A stretch of 64,000 nucleotides of DNA from an uncultured Candidatus Saccharimonadales bacterium (lineage in GTDB: Bacteria; Patescibacteriota; Saccharimonadia; UBA4664): assembly GCA_964609585.1 (NCBI GenBank), contig CAZSRA010000004.1:27417-91416 (forward strand), written 5' to 3'. Position numbers and translations under genes: made by a program. Shown here in pieces: positions 53,485 through 62,416 of the stretch (within the stretch, counting starts at the first letter, position 1; each line of letters opens with the position of its first letter). Below the pieces are notes generated by a model. That model was given only the letters and a program-made list of their open reading frames with translations, made no database searches and was not told the origin of the DNA.

Positions 53485-55374
53485 ATGGAAAGTAACGTGG
53501 TGCCAATGCGGCCAGTGATTATGAAGACGGTCGTAGTGTGTCTGGGGCTCGCTATGGCGCCGTGGCTCACGGGAGGCCAGGAGCCGCTGGGCCGATTGAT
53601 CGCCGGGTTTGCTTTGTTGCTTGGGGTGCTTTTGGTGTGGCGGCAGCCGGTGGCTCGGAAGTTGAAACGGGGACCACTCGTGGTGAGCTTTGGGCTGTTG
53701 ATTGGGGCGGGGGTATTGTCGCTATTATGGACTGCCAACCGGTATTCGAGCGTGGTGTGGATCATGCAGTGGGTAATGATGGGGCTCGCTTTTCGCTTGT
53801 CTTATGCTGTTTCTAGCGACCGCGTTGGTCGGCTGTGGGTAGTCAGAATGTACTTAGTGTCCGCGGCACTGTTTTGTGTGGCGGCTATTTGGATGTATTT
53901 TGTGAGTAGCTATGGTCGGCTGACAGGGACGTTTTACTGGCCCAATCCTGCGGCTGGTTATCTATTACCCGCGATTATGTTGGGCGTTGATGGGGTGAGG
54001 CGATCTAAGGTTGGCCGTGCTCTCTATGCATGGATGGCTGCGACGGTTTTGTTTGTGGCCGCGTTTTTGCTAGCAGATTCCCGGGCAGCGAGCGTAGTTT
54101 TGTTCATTATTTTGGTATTGTTTTTGCTTTTAGTGAAGCTTTCTCGACGTTTTTGGGTAAATTTTGTGTTCGTTTTTGTAATGGCGTTTGGAGTGAGTTT
54201 TGGGATGGTAAAGTTGAGCTCTGTGGTGGTTCAGCATAGTGACAAGGTTGCACCGGGATCGCGACTCGTTGAGGCGGCATCGGGTAGTTCTGTGAGCGGT
54301 AGTGACCGCTTGTATTTTCTGGGTAGTGCATTTGAAATGTGGTTTACCCATCCTTTGGGCGGCGTAGGGGCAGGGGCTTTTGGAGATATTCATCCGAGAT
54401 ACCAGCAGCGGGTAGTGAGCGCTTCAGCTAATGTTCATAACATCTACGTGCAGGTTCTGGCTGAGCTTGGGCTGGTGGGGGCTGTGGCGCTGGCGGCTGT
54501 GCTTTTGGCTCTTATGCTTGGGTTGCTAAGGGGACTCGTGGCGCATCCGGAATTAATGCCAGTGGCGATTGGACTGATGGGTTTGCTTTTGCATGCAGGA
54601 CTCGACATCGACGCCAGTTATCCAGCTCTGTTGAGCCTAGTGGGTGTATTTTTTGGCCTATTGCATACTCAAAGAAACGAACCGTGGGTAAAAACGAAAC
54701 CTTTTACACCAATGTTGGCTATGGTGATTTTGGTGCCAGTGGTGAGCTTGTATTTTAGTCAGACCTGGGCCGAGCGGGGAAGGGTGGCACAAGCTGATGG
54801 GGACTATGAGCTGGCGACTGAAGATTTTGCGCGGGCGACGACGGGGCTGGTTTACAACCCGGATTTTGTGACGGCGGAGGGGATTAACCAGTTGCAATTG
54901 GGCGAGCTGGATTTGGCGTTGAGCGGGGCGCGGCGGGCGGAGGCGCTGGATCCGAACGATGGGCAACACCATCAGTTGGAGGGTCGCATACTCGTGCGCC
55001 AAGGTGATTTGAAGGGGGCGGAAGCGGCTTTTCGGGTAGCATTGGCGCTTGATCGACTCAACCATCCGGACTACGCGCTTGATCTCGCGGCAACTTTGGA
55101 GCTTGAGCACAGGCCCACGGAAGCAGTGCAAGTGGCCCAGACCATGCTCGACCAGTATCCGGCGGCGGTTGTGAGTAATCGTTCCGCTGACGAAACGGTG
55201 GGGCCGAATCTGGCCAACTTGGAGGCGCTGGTGGGTAATGTGGCATTGGAGCAGGGAGATTTGGTCAAAGCACGGTCGGCGGCGGCTCAGGCCTTGAAGC
55301 TTGATCCGCAGAGTTTGCGAGGGCGAGCATTGATGCATCAGGTAGAGAAAGCAGTAAGTAACTCTAGCCAGTAG
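53485..55374 (+). CDS. O-antigen ligase (Wzy_C) family membrane protein with C-terminal TPR repeats
   Basis: ~12 TM helices, Wzy_C-like central loop, TPR-like C-terminus. Confidence 0.6.
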   Translation: MESNVVPMRPVIMKTVVVCLGLAMAPWLTGGQEPLGRLIAGFALLLGVLLVWRQPVARKLKRGPLVVSFGLLIGAGVLSLLWTANRYSSVVWIMQWVMMGLAFRLSYAVSSDRVGRLWVVRMYLVSAALFCVAAIWMYFVSSYGRLTGTFYWPNPAAGYLLPAIMLGVDGVRRSKVGRALYAWMAATVLFVAAFLLADSRAASVVLFIILVLFLLLVKLSRRFWVNFVFVFVMAFGVSFGMVKLSSVVVQHSDKVAPGSRLVEAASGSSVSGSDRLYFLGSAFEMWFTHPLGGVGAGAFGDIHPRYQQRVVSASANVHNIYVQVLAELGLVGAVALAAVLLALMLGLLRGLVAHPELMPVAIGLMGLLLHAGLDIDASYPALLSLVGVFFGLLHTQRNEPWVKTKPFTPMLAMVILVPVVSLYFSQTWAERGRVAQADGDYELATEDFARATTGLVYNPDFVTAEGINQLQLGELDLALSGARRAEALDPNDGQHHQLEGRILVRQGDLKGAEAAFRVALALDRLNHPDYALDLAATLELEHRPTEAVQVAQTMLDQYPAAVVSNRSADETVGPNLANLEALVGNVALEQGDLVKARSAAAQALKLDPQSLRGRALMHQVEKAVSNSSQ

Positions 55375-55431
55375 CGTGAGGCTACTTGGATAGGTATAAT
55401 GCCTGATATGTATTTGATTGGACGGCACTAA

Positions 55432-56031
55432 ATGATACAAGGATTGATTTCTAGCCTGGGCGTTGGGGGTATTGGGCTCGGGGTGTTTTTGAATGGGCTG
55501 GGCGTTCCGGGACTCAGCGAAGTGCTTTTGCCTTTGGGTGGGGCAGCTGTGAGCCATGGGCGGATGAATCTCGTGGTGCTGCTACTCGTGGCTTTGGTGT
55601 CGCAGCTAGTGGGGCTAAGCGCTGCATATTTCATTGCCAAGTACGGTGGGCACGCCTTGATTGTGAAGTACGGGAAGTATATCCTCGTGTCGCACCGGGA
55701 GCTCGCGGCCGTGGAGAAGACGTTTGAAAAGTACGGGCAGTGGCTGGTGCTGTTTGGCGCGTTTATTCCGGGAATTCAGGGATTTATTGGCTATGTAGCG
55801 GGGCTCGCGGAAATGAACTTTGCCCGGTTTGTGATCGCGGCGCTGGTGGGTAAACTGGTATGGATCGGGGGTTTGGTGTACTTGGGATCAGTACTTGGGA
55901 GTCACGTAGGAGCAATTCTTGCCAGCATGCGGCAGGTGGGCGTGTTAGTATTGGCGGCAGTACTGGGCGTGGGATTCTGGTACCTATATACACACCGGCA
56001 GCGTCGCCGCGATAAAGGAGCGAAAAATTGA
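55432..56031 (+). CDS. dedA: DedA/SNARE-associated family membrane protein
   Basis: 199-aa hydrophobic ORF with several predicted TM helices; assignment from overall similarity to the DedA/SNARE-associated family. Confidence 0.8.
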   Translation: MIQGLISSLGVGGIGLGVFLNGLGVPGLSEVLLPLGGAAVSHGRMNLVVLLLVALVSQLVGLSAAYFIAKYGGHALIVKYGKYILVSHRELAAVEKTFEKYGQWLVLFGAFIPGIQGFIGYVAGLAEMNFARFVIAALVGKLVWIGGLVYLGSVLGSHVGAILASMRQVGVLVLAAVLGVGFWYLYTHRQRRRDKGAKN

Positions 56032-57320
56032 AGATTAAACAGACAACGCTCGAGAATGGCCTGCGGATTGTAACAGCGAGTTTGGCCGATGCACGGAGCG
56101 TGACGGTAAACATTATGGTAGGTGCAGGCTCTCGATTTGAAGATTATCAGGCGAATGGTGGGGTTTCTCATTTTTTGGAACACCTGCTATTTAAGGGCTC
56201 GAAGAAGTATCCGACAGCGCAGGTGATCGCAGAGGCCGTGGATGCGGTGGGTGGCTACAATAATGCTTATACGACCGAAGATGTGACGGCGTTTTACATT
56301 AAAGTGCCGGCACGCCACGGGGCTTTGGCGCTGGACATTTTGAGCGATATGGTGCAAGCGCCGTTGCTCGATCAGACAGAACTCGATCGTGAGCGCAGTG
56401 TGATTGTGGAAGAAATGAACGTGTTTCGCGATGATCCGTCGCGGTTTATTGGTACGCTCGTGCCGGGGCTGATCTTTCCTGATAATCCGTTGGGCCGGGA
56501 TGTAATTGGTACGGAAGCAGTAATTAATAGTATTTCCCGCGAGGCAATTGCTGAGTATCTAGCGAAGCATTACCGGCCGAATAATCTGGTGGTGGCGGTG
56601 GCTGGAGCGGTGGACCACGATGAGGTGGTGGCTCAGGTGAAGGTCCGGCTTGGCGATATGCAAACGGGAGAGCTGGCGGAGATTGTGCCGGTACCGGCGG
56701 CTTCTGACAAGGATCTGGTGGTAACGCATTCTAAACCCACGGCGCAGGCTCATTTTATGGTGGCTGCGCGCGGGTATGCTTATGAGGACGCGGATGAGCC
56801 GGCTTCGCGGCTGGTGGCGGCGATTTTGGGTCGCGGGATGAGTTCGCGGTTGTTTTTGAACGTGCGCGAGCGGCAAGGACTGGCTTACACGGTGTTTGCA
56901 GAGGTGAATCCCTTTGTGGATACGGGGTTGTTTGAGGCGTATGCGGGTGTTAATCTCGATAAGATCCAGCAAGCTTTGGATTCGGTGCTGCATGAGCTGG
57001 CGCTGATTCGGACCGAACTGGTGGGTGAGGCTGAGCTGCAAAAGGCGAAGCAGCAGCTGACAGCGGGGCTGGAGATGAGCCTGGAGAGTAATGGTAGCGT
57101 GGCGGACCGGATTGGTTCGCAACTGGTGCTTTTGGGTAAGGTGAAGCCGATTGAGGAGACGATTGCTGGGATTGAAGCGGTAACGGCGGAGGATGTGTTG
57201 CGGGTCGCGAAGGCGATGCTTGCGCCAGAGCAACTGCGGTTTGCTATTATTGCTCCGGAGCCTGAGGCTGCCGCGAAGCATTTCGTAGATTATATTACAA
57301 CAACAAAGGAGAAGTTATAG
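56028..57320 (+). CDS. M16 family zinc peptidase (insulinase-like)
   Basis: HFLEHLLFKG inverted zinc-binding motif HxxEH. Confidence 0.85.
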   Translation: MKIKQTTLENGLRIVTASLADARSVTVNIMVGAGSRFEDYQANGGVSHFLEHLLFKGSKKYPTAQVIAEAVDAVGGYNNAYTTEDVTAFYIKVPARHGALALDILSDMVQAPLLDQTELDRERSVIVEEMNVFRDDPSRFIGTLVPGLIFPDNPLGRDVIGTEAVINSISREAIAEYLAKHYRPNNLVVAVAGAVDHDEVVAQVKVRLGDMQTGELAEIVPVPAASDKDLVVTHSKPTAQAHFMVAARGYAYEDADEPASRLVAAILGRGMSSRLFLNVRERQGLAYTVFAEVNPFVDTGLFEAYAGVNLDKIQQALDSVLHELALIRTELVGEAELQKAKQQLTAGLEMSLESNGSVADRIGSQLVLLGKVKPIEETIAGIEAVTAEDVLRVAKAMLAPEQLRFAIIAPEPEAAAKHFVDYITTTKEKL

Positions 57321-57322
57321 CT

Positions 57323-57811
57323 ATGGAACGATCATTAATTGTAGTAAAACCCGATGGCGTACAGCGGTCGCTTGTGGGTCGGTTGTTGCAGCGATTTGAA
57401 GACGCGGGCCTGAAAATGGTGGGCATGAAGATGGTGTGGATCGACGGCGATTTTGCCAAGAAGCACTATTTTGACCTAGCTGAGCGTCGCGGTGAGCATG
57501 TACTGAAGAATATGGTAGATTTAATGACTGAAGGCCCGGTGGTGGCGGTGGTGCTAGAGGGCGTGGAAGCGGTGGAGAACGTGCGTCGGATTGTGGGCGC
57601 AACAGAGCCAAAGTCGGCCGCACCCGGCACGATACGTGGTGACTTTGCGCACCACAGTTTTGGATACACGGACGAGAAGGGCAAAGGCATTCGGAACTTG
57701 ATCCATGCTTCGGGGAATGTGGATGAAGCCAAGCAGGAAATTGCGTTGTGGTTTAAAGACGACGAGATTCATGAGTATAAGACGGATCAGGAAAAGCATC
57801 ACAGTTTCTAA
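57323..57811 (+). CDS. ndk: nucleoside diphosphate kinase
   Basis: IVVKPDGVQRSLVGRLL, catalytic His region; extended C-terminus. Confidence 0.9.
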   Translation: MERSLIVVKPDGVQRSLVGRLLQRFEDAGLKMVGMKMVWIDGDFAKKHYFDLAERRGEHVLKNMVDLMTEGPVVAVVLEGVEAVENVRRIVGATEPKSAAPGTIRGDFAHHSFGYTDEKGKGIRNLIHASGNVDEAKQEIALWFKDDEIHEYKTDQEKHHSF

Positions 57812-57839
57812 ACGCTGAGCTTTTAAATAGTTCCTTGAG

Positions 57840-57866
57840 CCCGCACGTAAGTCGTGCGGGTTTTTA
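57840..57866 (+). terminator. rho-independent terminator after ndk
   Basis: cccgcacg taagt cgtgcggg ttttt. Confidence 0.75.
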
Positions 57867-57994
57867 GGTCTCAAAATGTTGGCTGTCTCTTGAGGGATTG
57901 TCGCTTTGCCTACGGGATGCTAGGGTATTGCTCTGGCGAGGATCGTCGTGATCTGAGAGTGGGCCAGCGGAATACCCGAGGAAAAGGGTGCACA

Positions 57995-58369
57995 GTGACA
58001 GCAACACGCAAGGAGTTTGTCCCGGCATGGTTGAAGGCCTGTTTGGCTGCCCAGATCTCTGAGGCGGCTGACCGGCTACGGGAAGCGATTTCTTGGGGTC
58101 ATGAGATCCGGGTCGGCTACGACGTAGCCGGTCAGGTGATCGCCACCCTGGTTCGTTACTATGTGGTGGGTCGAGAGGGGAACGAAGAGGCTCGTTATCG
58201 GCTCAACGCCGAGCAGACAACGGCGGCCTTGTTCCTGATGACGGTGATGTCGCTTTACGCGGCGATGGATCCTGAACTACAACTTCCTCTCGACGCGTGC
58301 CTGAAGGAGCAGCGCGTGTGGACGTCGCGGGGCTGTGAGTCATTCGAGGGAGTGGTTGTCGGTCTCTAG
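57995..58369 (+). CDS. hypothetical protein (124 aa), compositionally atypical (C-ending codons on + strand), adjacent to tRNA-Arg
   Basis: GTG start with SD AAGGG; followed by hairpin 58381..58405. Confidence 0.4.
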   Translation: MTATRKEFVPAWLKACLAAQISEAADRLREAISWGHEIRVGYDVAGQVIATLVRYYVVGREGNEEARYRLNAEQTTAALFLMTVMSLYAAMDPELQLPLDACLKEQRVWTSRGCESFEGVVVGL

Positions 58370-58380
58370 GATCGTCGGAG

Positions 58381-58415
58381 GCCCCGGTTCGTATGGAACC
58401 GGGGCTGACTTTGTC
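58381..58415 (+). terminator. terminator-like hairpin (gccccggttc gtatg gaaccggggc) + T-rich
   Basis: stem arms and loop gtatg read directly from sequence. Confidence 0.5.
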
Positions 58416-58452
58416 TATCGGGAGATGAAAGATTGTATCGTTGGTTAAAATC

Positions 58453-58528
58453 TGGTGCCCCAGGAGGGAATCGAACCCCCGACGCTCTCCTTAGGACGGA
58501 GACGCTCTATCCACTGAGCTACTGAGGC
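58453..58528 (-). tRNA. tRNA-Arg (anticodon CCU), CCA encoded
   Basis: reverse complement GCCTCAGTAGCTCAGTGGATAGAGCGTCTCCGTCCTAAGGAGAGCGTCGGGGGTTCGATTCCCTCCTGGGGCACCA folds as cloverleaf; anticodon loop GTCCTAA. Confidence 0.85.
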
Positions 58529-58564
58529 GTGGGTGGAATTATAGCAGAATGATACAATCTAAGC

Positions 58565-59131
58565 ATGAGCAAGAAACAATCGGTTGTAGGACCGGGGAAA
58601 CAATTTCCTGGACAGCATGAAGGTGAAGAGGTGTTGTTTGTATTTCGGCAGCATCCGCTCGTGATGCGTAGTAGTTTAATTTTTGGGTTGCTCGTGATTG
58701 TGCTGGCGGTGTTGCCGTTTGATTTTCCGCAGATTTATACGGTGGAATGGTTGTCGGGGCTTTTGATGAAGGTTTTGATATTCGTGGTGATCGCGGTATT
58801 TTTGAGCTGGTTTTACCGATGGGTGGGTTGGTACTACACGCTTTATATTGTGACGGACCGGCGGATTCTGGCGATTAAGCAAAAAGGACTGTTTGATCGC
58901 AAGGTGGACGAGTGGCAGTTGGATGGGATTTCGAACGTGAACTACCACATTGGTGGGTTTCAGGCGGTGCTGTTTGGGTTTGGGGACATTACGGCGCGGA
59001 CGTACATTGGGGATCTGGAGATGCGCAAGATTCATAAGCCGGCCGAGGTGCATTCTCAGCTCGTGGACGCGGTGAGGCGAGCGGGCGGTGGGGCAACGAT
59101 GCGCAGCGGGTCGACACAGGAGGGGAACTAA
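58565..59131 (+). CDS. bacterial PH-domain (YdbS/YdbT-like, DUF304) membrane protein
   Basis: two TM helices followed by bPH_2-like domain. Confidence 0.65.
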   Translation: MSKKQSVVGPGKQFPGQHEGEEVLFVFRQHPLVMRSSLIFGLLVIVLAVLPFDFPQIYTVEWLSGLLMKVLIFVVIAVFLSWFYRWVGWYYTLYIVTDRRILAIKQKGLFDRKVDEWQLDGISNVNYHIGGFQAVLFGFGDITARTYIGDLEMRKIHKPAEVHSQLVDAVRRAGGGATMRSGSTQEGN

Positions 59132-59142
59132 GTTAGCATGAT

Positions 59143-60285
59143 ATGCATATAGCCGAGGAGTTTATTTTGCCGAGTAAAGATGACGAAGTTAAGGTTGAAT
59201 CTAAGGTAGAGAAGGCAAAGAAGCCGGAGTCTGAGGTGAAGCCTGCGGCGAAGGAAAAGGCTGAGAAGGCCGAGAAGCCTAAAGACGTCGATGTTGAGAC
59301 CGAAGTTAAAGAGGATGAGTCCGAGAAGGCAAAGCCTGAAGCCCATGAGACTGTTTCTCGCGTGAAGACGCGCGATATGCGAGGGATTGGCATGAAAGTG
59401 GCGGCGGTCGTGGTTGCCCTCGTGGCTGTGGTGACAACAGTATTTGGGGTCTTGCTCTACGGCTATCACAGTGACAATCTGGCCGTCCAAGCGGTGGCAT
59501 CGATCATTCCTTATCCAGTTGAGCGAGTAAATGGCGATTTTGTAACGTATAAATCCTTCTTGTTTGAAGTAAATGCGAATGAGCGGGCGTACCAGAATAA
59601 TGCCAAACTCAACAATCAGCCCGCAACGGACTTTAACTCGGCAGAGGGCAAGAAGTTGGTAGTACAGATTAAGCAACATGCACTTGATAAACTCTCAAGC
59701 GACTCGTTGATGGCGCACCTGGCCTCGCAAAAGAAGGTGACAGTGAGTGACAAGAACGTCAATGATCTCGTGAACCAGCTTTATAGTCGGTACGGCGGTA
59801 AGGACACTTTGCTAAAGACCTTGCAGCAGATCTACGGCTGGAACTTGAATGACCTAAAGGGCGTGGTTTATAAGCAATTGCTGGCCAAGGCAGTACAGGA
59901 CAAGGTTACTTCTGACCCGGCGGTTGATGCTGCTGCGAAGGCAAAAGCTCAAGATGTCGTAAAGCAGATTAAAGCTGGTGGCGACTTCGGCGAGCTTGCG
60001 AAGAAATACTCTCAGGCGTCGGATGCGGCGAGCGGTGGGGATCTAGGCTTCTTTACTAAGGGCCAGTTGCCGGATGAACTGCAGAAGGCAGCAGAAGCTT
60101 TGCAGCCTGGTCAGGTGTCGGACCCAGTGAAGGACCAGTACGGTTACGAGATCTTGAAGGTTGTTGAAAAGAAGGATGATGGTTCGATTCACGCCCTGCA
60201 TATTCTGATTAAGACTGTAGACTTTACCGAGTACTTCCAGAACCTTCAGAACAAGGCTAAGATCAACAAGTATTTGAAGGTTTAG
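59143..60285 (+). CDS. parvulin-type peptidyl-prolyl cis-trans isomerase (PrsA/SurA-like) with Lys/Glu-rich N-terminal region
   Basis: PpiC domain GGDLGFFTKGQLPDELQKAAEALQPGQVSDPV. Confidence 0.75.
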   Translation: MHIAEEFILPSKDDEVKVESKVEKAKKPESEVKPAAKEKAEKAEKPKDVDVETEVKEDESEKAKPEAHETVSRVKTRDMRGIGMKVAAVVVALVAVVTTVFGVLLYGYHSDNLAVQAVASIIPYPVERVNGDFVTYKSFLFEVNANERAYQNNAKLNNQPATDFNSAEGKKLVVQIKQHALDKLSSDSLMAHLASQKKVTVSDKNVNDLVNQLYSRYGGKDTLLKTLQQIYGWNLNDLKGVVYKQLLAKAVQDKVTSDPAVDAAAKAKAQDVVKQIKAGGDFGELAKKYSQASDAASGGDLGFFTKGQLPDELQKAAEALQPGQVSDPVKDQYGYEILKVVEKKDDGSIHALHILIKTVDFTEYFQNLQNKAKINKYLKV

Positions 60286-60301
60286 TTCGGCGGCGGCGAT
60301 T

Positions 60302-60877
60302 ATGACTACGGATTGGCAGGGGGCGGCGCAGCGGCTGGAAAACGGTGAGATAGGCATAATTCCTACGGATACGCTGTATGGGATCGTAGGATCAGCATTG
60401 AAGCCGGCGGTGGTTGAGCGGATTTATAAGCTGAGGGACCGCGACCTTGATAAGCCGATGATCGTTTTGGTGGCGGATTGGGCGGATATTGAGCGGTTGG
60501 GAGTGCGGGTTGAGGGGCGAGTTCGACAGATGCTCGAAAAGGTGTGGCCGGGGGCAGTGAGCGTAGTGTTGCCGGCGGCTATTTCGGGACTAAGATATTT
60601 GCACCGGGGGACCAACGGTATTGCGTTTCGGATGCCGGCGAAGCCGAGTTTGCGAGCGATGCTTCAGGAGACGGGACCGATCGTGGCGCCGAGTGCAAAC
60701 TTGGCAGGCAAGGAGCCGGCGGTGTCTGTAGGGGAGGCGAGGGAGTATTTTGGCGATGAGGTATTTTACGTAGATGAAGGTACATTACATAATGCGGCTT
60801 CGGCCTTAGTGGACGCTCGAGTAGAACCGATGCGAGTGTTGCGGTCGGCCCCGGGATTTAAGCAGGAGATGATATGA
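60302..60877 (+). CDS. tsaC: L-threonylcarbamoyladenylate synthase (TsaC/YrdC family)
   Basis: IIPTDTLYGIVGSAL motif. Confidence 0.8.
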   Translation: MTTDWQGAAQRLENGEIGIIPTDTLYGIVGSALKPAVVERIYKLRDRDLDKPMIVLVADWADIERLGVRVEGRVRQMLEKVWPGAVSVVLPAAISGLRYLHRGTNGIAFRMPAKPSLRAMLQETGPIVAPSANLAGKEPAVSVGEAREYFGDEVFYVDEGTLHNAASALVDARVEPMRVLRSAPGFKQEMI

Positions 60878-61446
60878 GTGATGCGGAGCCATTAAAAATT
60901 GCGGTTTTAGCTGGGACTAAGCGGGCGCAACGGGAGTCAATTAAGGCGGCGCGGTTTGTGGCTGAGATGGGTCGTGAGCTAGAGGGCGTGGAAATAAGGT
61001 TTGTGGATCCCGAGGATTTTGATTTTCCGGGGGATGGTAATGATCCGGAAGGTAAGGACCCACGTTACGGTGAGATTACGGCTTGGGCGGATGCGTTTTT
61101 CATTGTAACGCCGGAATATAACCATTCGTTTCCGGGCTCGCTTAAGCGGATGCTGGATTCGGAGTTGGAAAATTATATTCATAAGCCGGTGGCATTTGCT
61201 GGGGCTTCAAATGGGCGTTGGGGTGGCGTGCGAGCGATCGAAGCCCTAAATACTACGGTGCGAGAGATGGGGCTGGTGAGTACGTTTACGGATGTGCATT
61301 TTCCGAAGGTGCAGGAATTGTTTGATGACGAAGGAAAGCTGCTGGAGCCGGTCTACCGGAAGCTGGTGGGGAAGGCTTATAACGAGTTGATTTGGATGGC
61401 TAGGACTTTGAAGTGGGGGCGGGAGCATTTGGGCGATAAGGGCTAG
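60874..61446 (+). CDS. NADPH-dependent FMN reductase family (flavodoxin-like) oxidoreductase
   Basis: ATGA overlap with tsaC; KIAVLAGTKRAQ...FIVTPEYNHSFPGSLK. Confidence 0.75.
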   Translation: MSDAEPLKIAVLAGTKRAQRESIKAARFVAEMGRELEGVEIRFVDPEDFDFPGDGNDPEGKDPRYGEITAWADAFFIVTPEYNHSFPGSLKRMLDSELENYIHKPVAFAGASNGRWGGVRAIEALNTTVREMGLVSTFTDVHFPKVQELFDDEGKLLEPVYRKLVGKAYNELIWMARTLKWGREHLGDKG

Positions 61447-61576
61447 AGTTTGAGCTCTGCGCTCTATCCTTTGTGTGCGAACGGCGAGTTTTAGTTGCCA
61501 GGACGGCGTAAACCTGGTACGATTTGACGGTTCAGCCAGTGCCCAGAACGTGGGTGCGGTTAAGCATTACATCTTT

Positions 61577-61653
61577 GGGCTCGTGGTGTAGAGGCCTAAC
61601 ATGCCTCCCTGTCACGGAGGAGATCGCCGGTTCGAATCCGGTCGAGCCCGCCA
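61577..61653 (+). tRNA. tRNA-Asp (anticodon GUC), CCA encoded
   Basis: GGGCTCGTGGTGTAGAGGCCTAACATGCCTCCCTGTCACGGAGGAGATCGCCGGTTCGAATCCGGTCGAGCCCGCCA; anticodon loop CTGTCAC. Confidence 0.9.
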
Positions 61654-61666
61654 GCAATTATCTGAC

Positions 61667-61693
61667 AAAAAAGGCTTTAGATAGCCTTTTTTT
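61667..61693 (+). terminator. rho-independent terminator after tRNA-Asp
   Basis: aaaaaaggct ttagat agccttttttt. Confidence 0.7.
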
Positions 61694-61827
61694 GTACTAA
61701 TAACCTCCTTAATCCTCAGCAATTTATTGTAATGTTTTGATTTATGCATGATAATGTGTTGATCGTTTTTTGAAGCGATCGCAATGCACCGCGCAGGTGT
61801 TGCTCCTACTCGCGAGAAGAGGCTTCC

Positions 61828-62298
61828 ATGCTATTTCTGATCTTGGTCCTTCCGTTCTGCGCTTTGTTCGCGGGGTTGTGTTTGCATCTTGCAAGATATG
61901 TGAGCAAGGAAGGATGGCGCAACCCGGAAGTTGTCCTCATTATCTTGGGATGTTTTTATCCCATGGGCAAGCTGCTGGAGGCTTTTCCGACTACACCGGA
62001 ATACATTAGGGGACATCTCGCCGATGTGGGTGCCATTCCGGCAACAGTTCTCCTTTACCCGTTGTTGCTGGACAAACTTTCTCGGGATTCGCCAAACCGG
62101 CTATATGGGCGACGTTTTTCGGTGCTGGTAGGCTTTCTGGGGGCAGTTGGATGGGAACTCGGGCAATTCTATGTGCACCGGTATTTTCATCGTATCAACG
62201 GTGACCGGTGGGATTTGATCATCTACTGCGGGATGGCTGGATTCACCTGGCTGCTCGTTGAAGCTCAGGAGCGACGCGAAAAACGGATTCGGGAATAA
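61828..62298 (+). CDS. hypothetical integral membrane protein (156 aa)
   Basis: 4 predicted TM helices; no family recognised. Confidence 0.45.
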   Translation: MLFLILVLPFCALFAGLCLHLARYVSKEGWRNPEVVLIILGCFYPMGKLLEAFPTTPEYIRGHLADVGAIPATVLLYPLLLDKLSRDSPNRLYGRRFSVLVGFLGAVGWELGQFYVHRYFHRINGDRWDLIIYCGMAGFTWLLVEAQERREKRIRE

Positions 62299-62416
62299 CC
62301 CGAAAAACAGCGAGGGGGCGAGGTGGTTGAGTTGAAGCCACTAGCCCGGAGGACCCTGAATTTTCAAGGCCCTCTTTTTTGTTTTCATACATGTTAATTG
62401 TGGATGTGGTAGCGTC

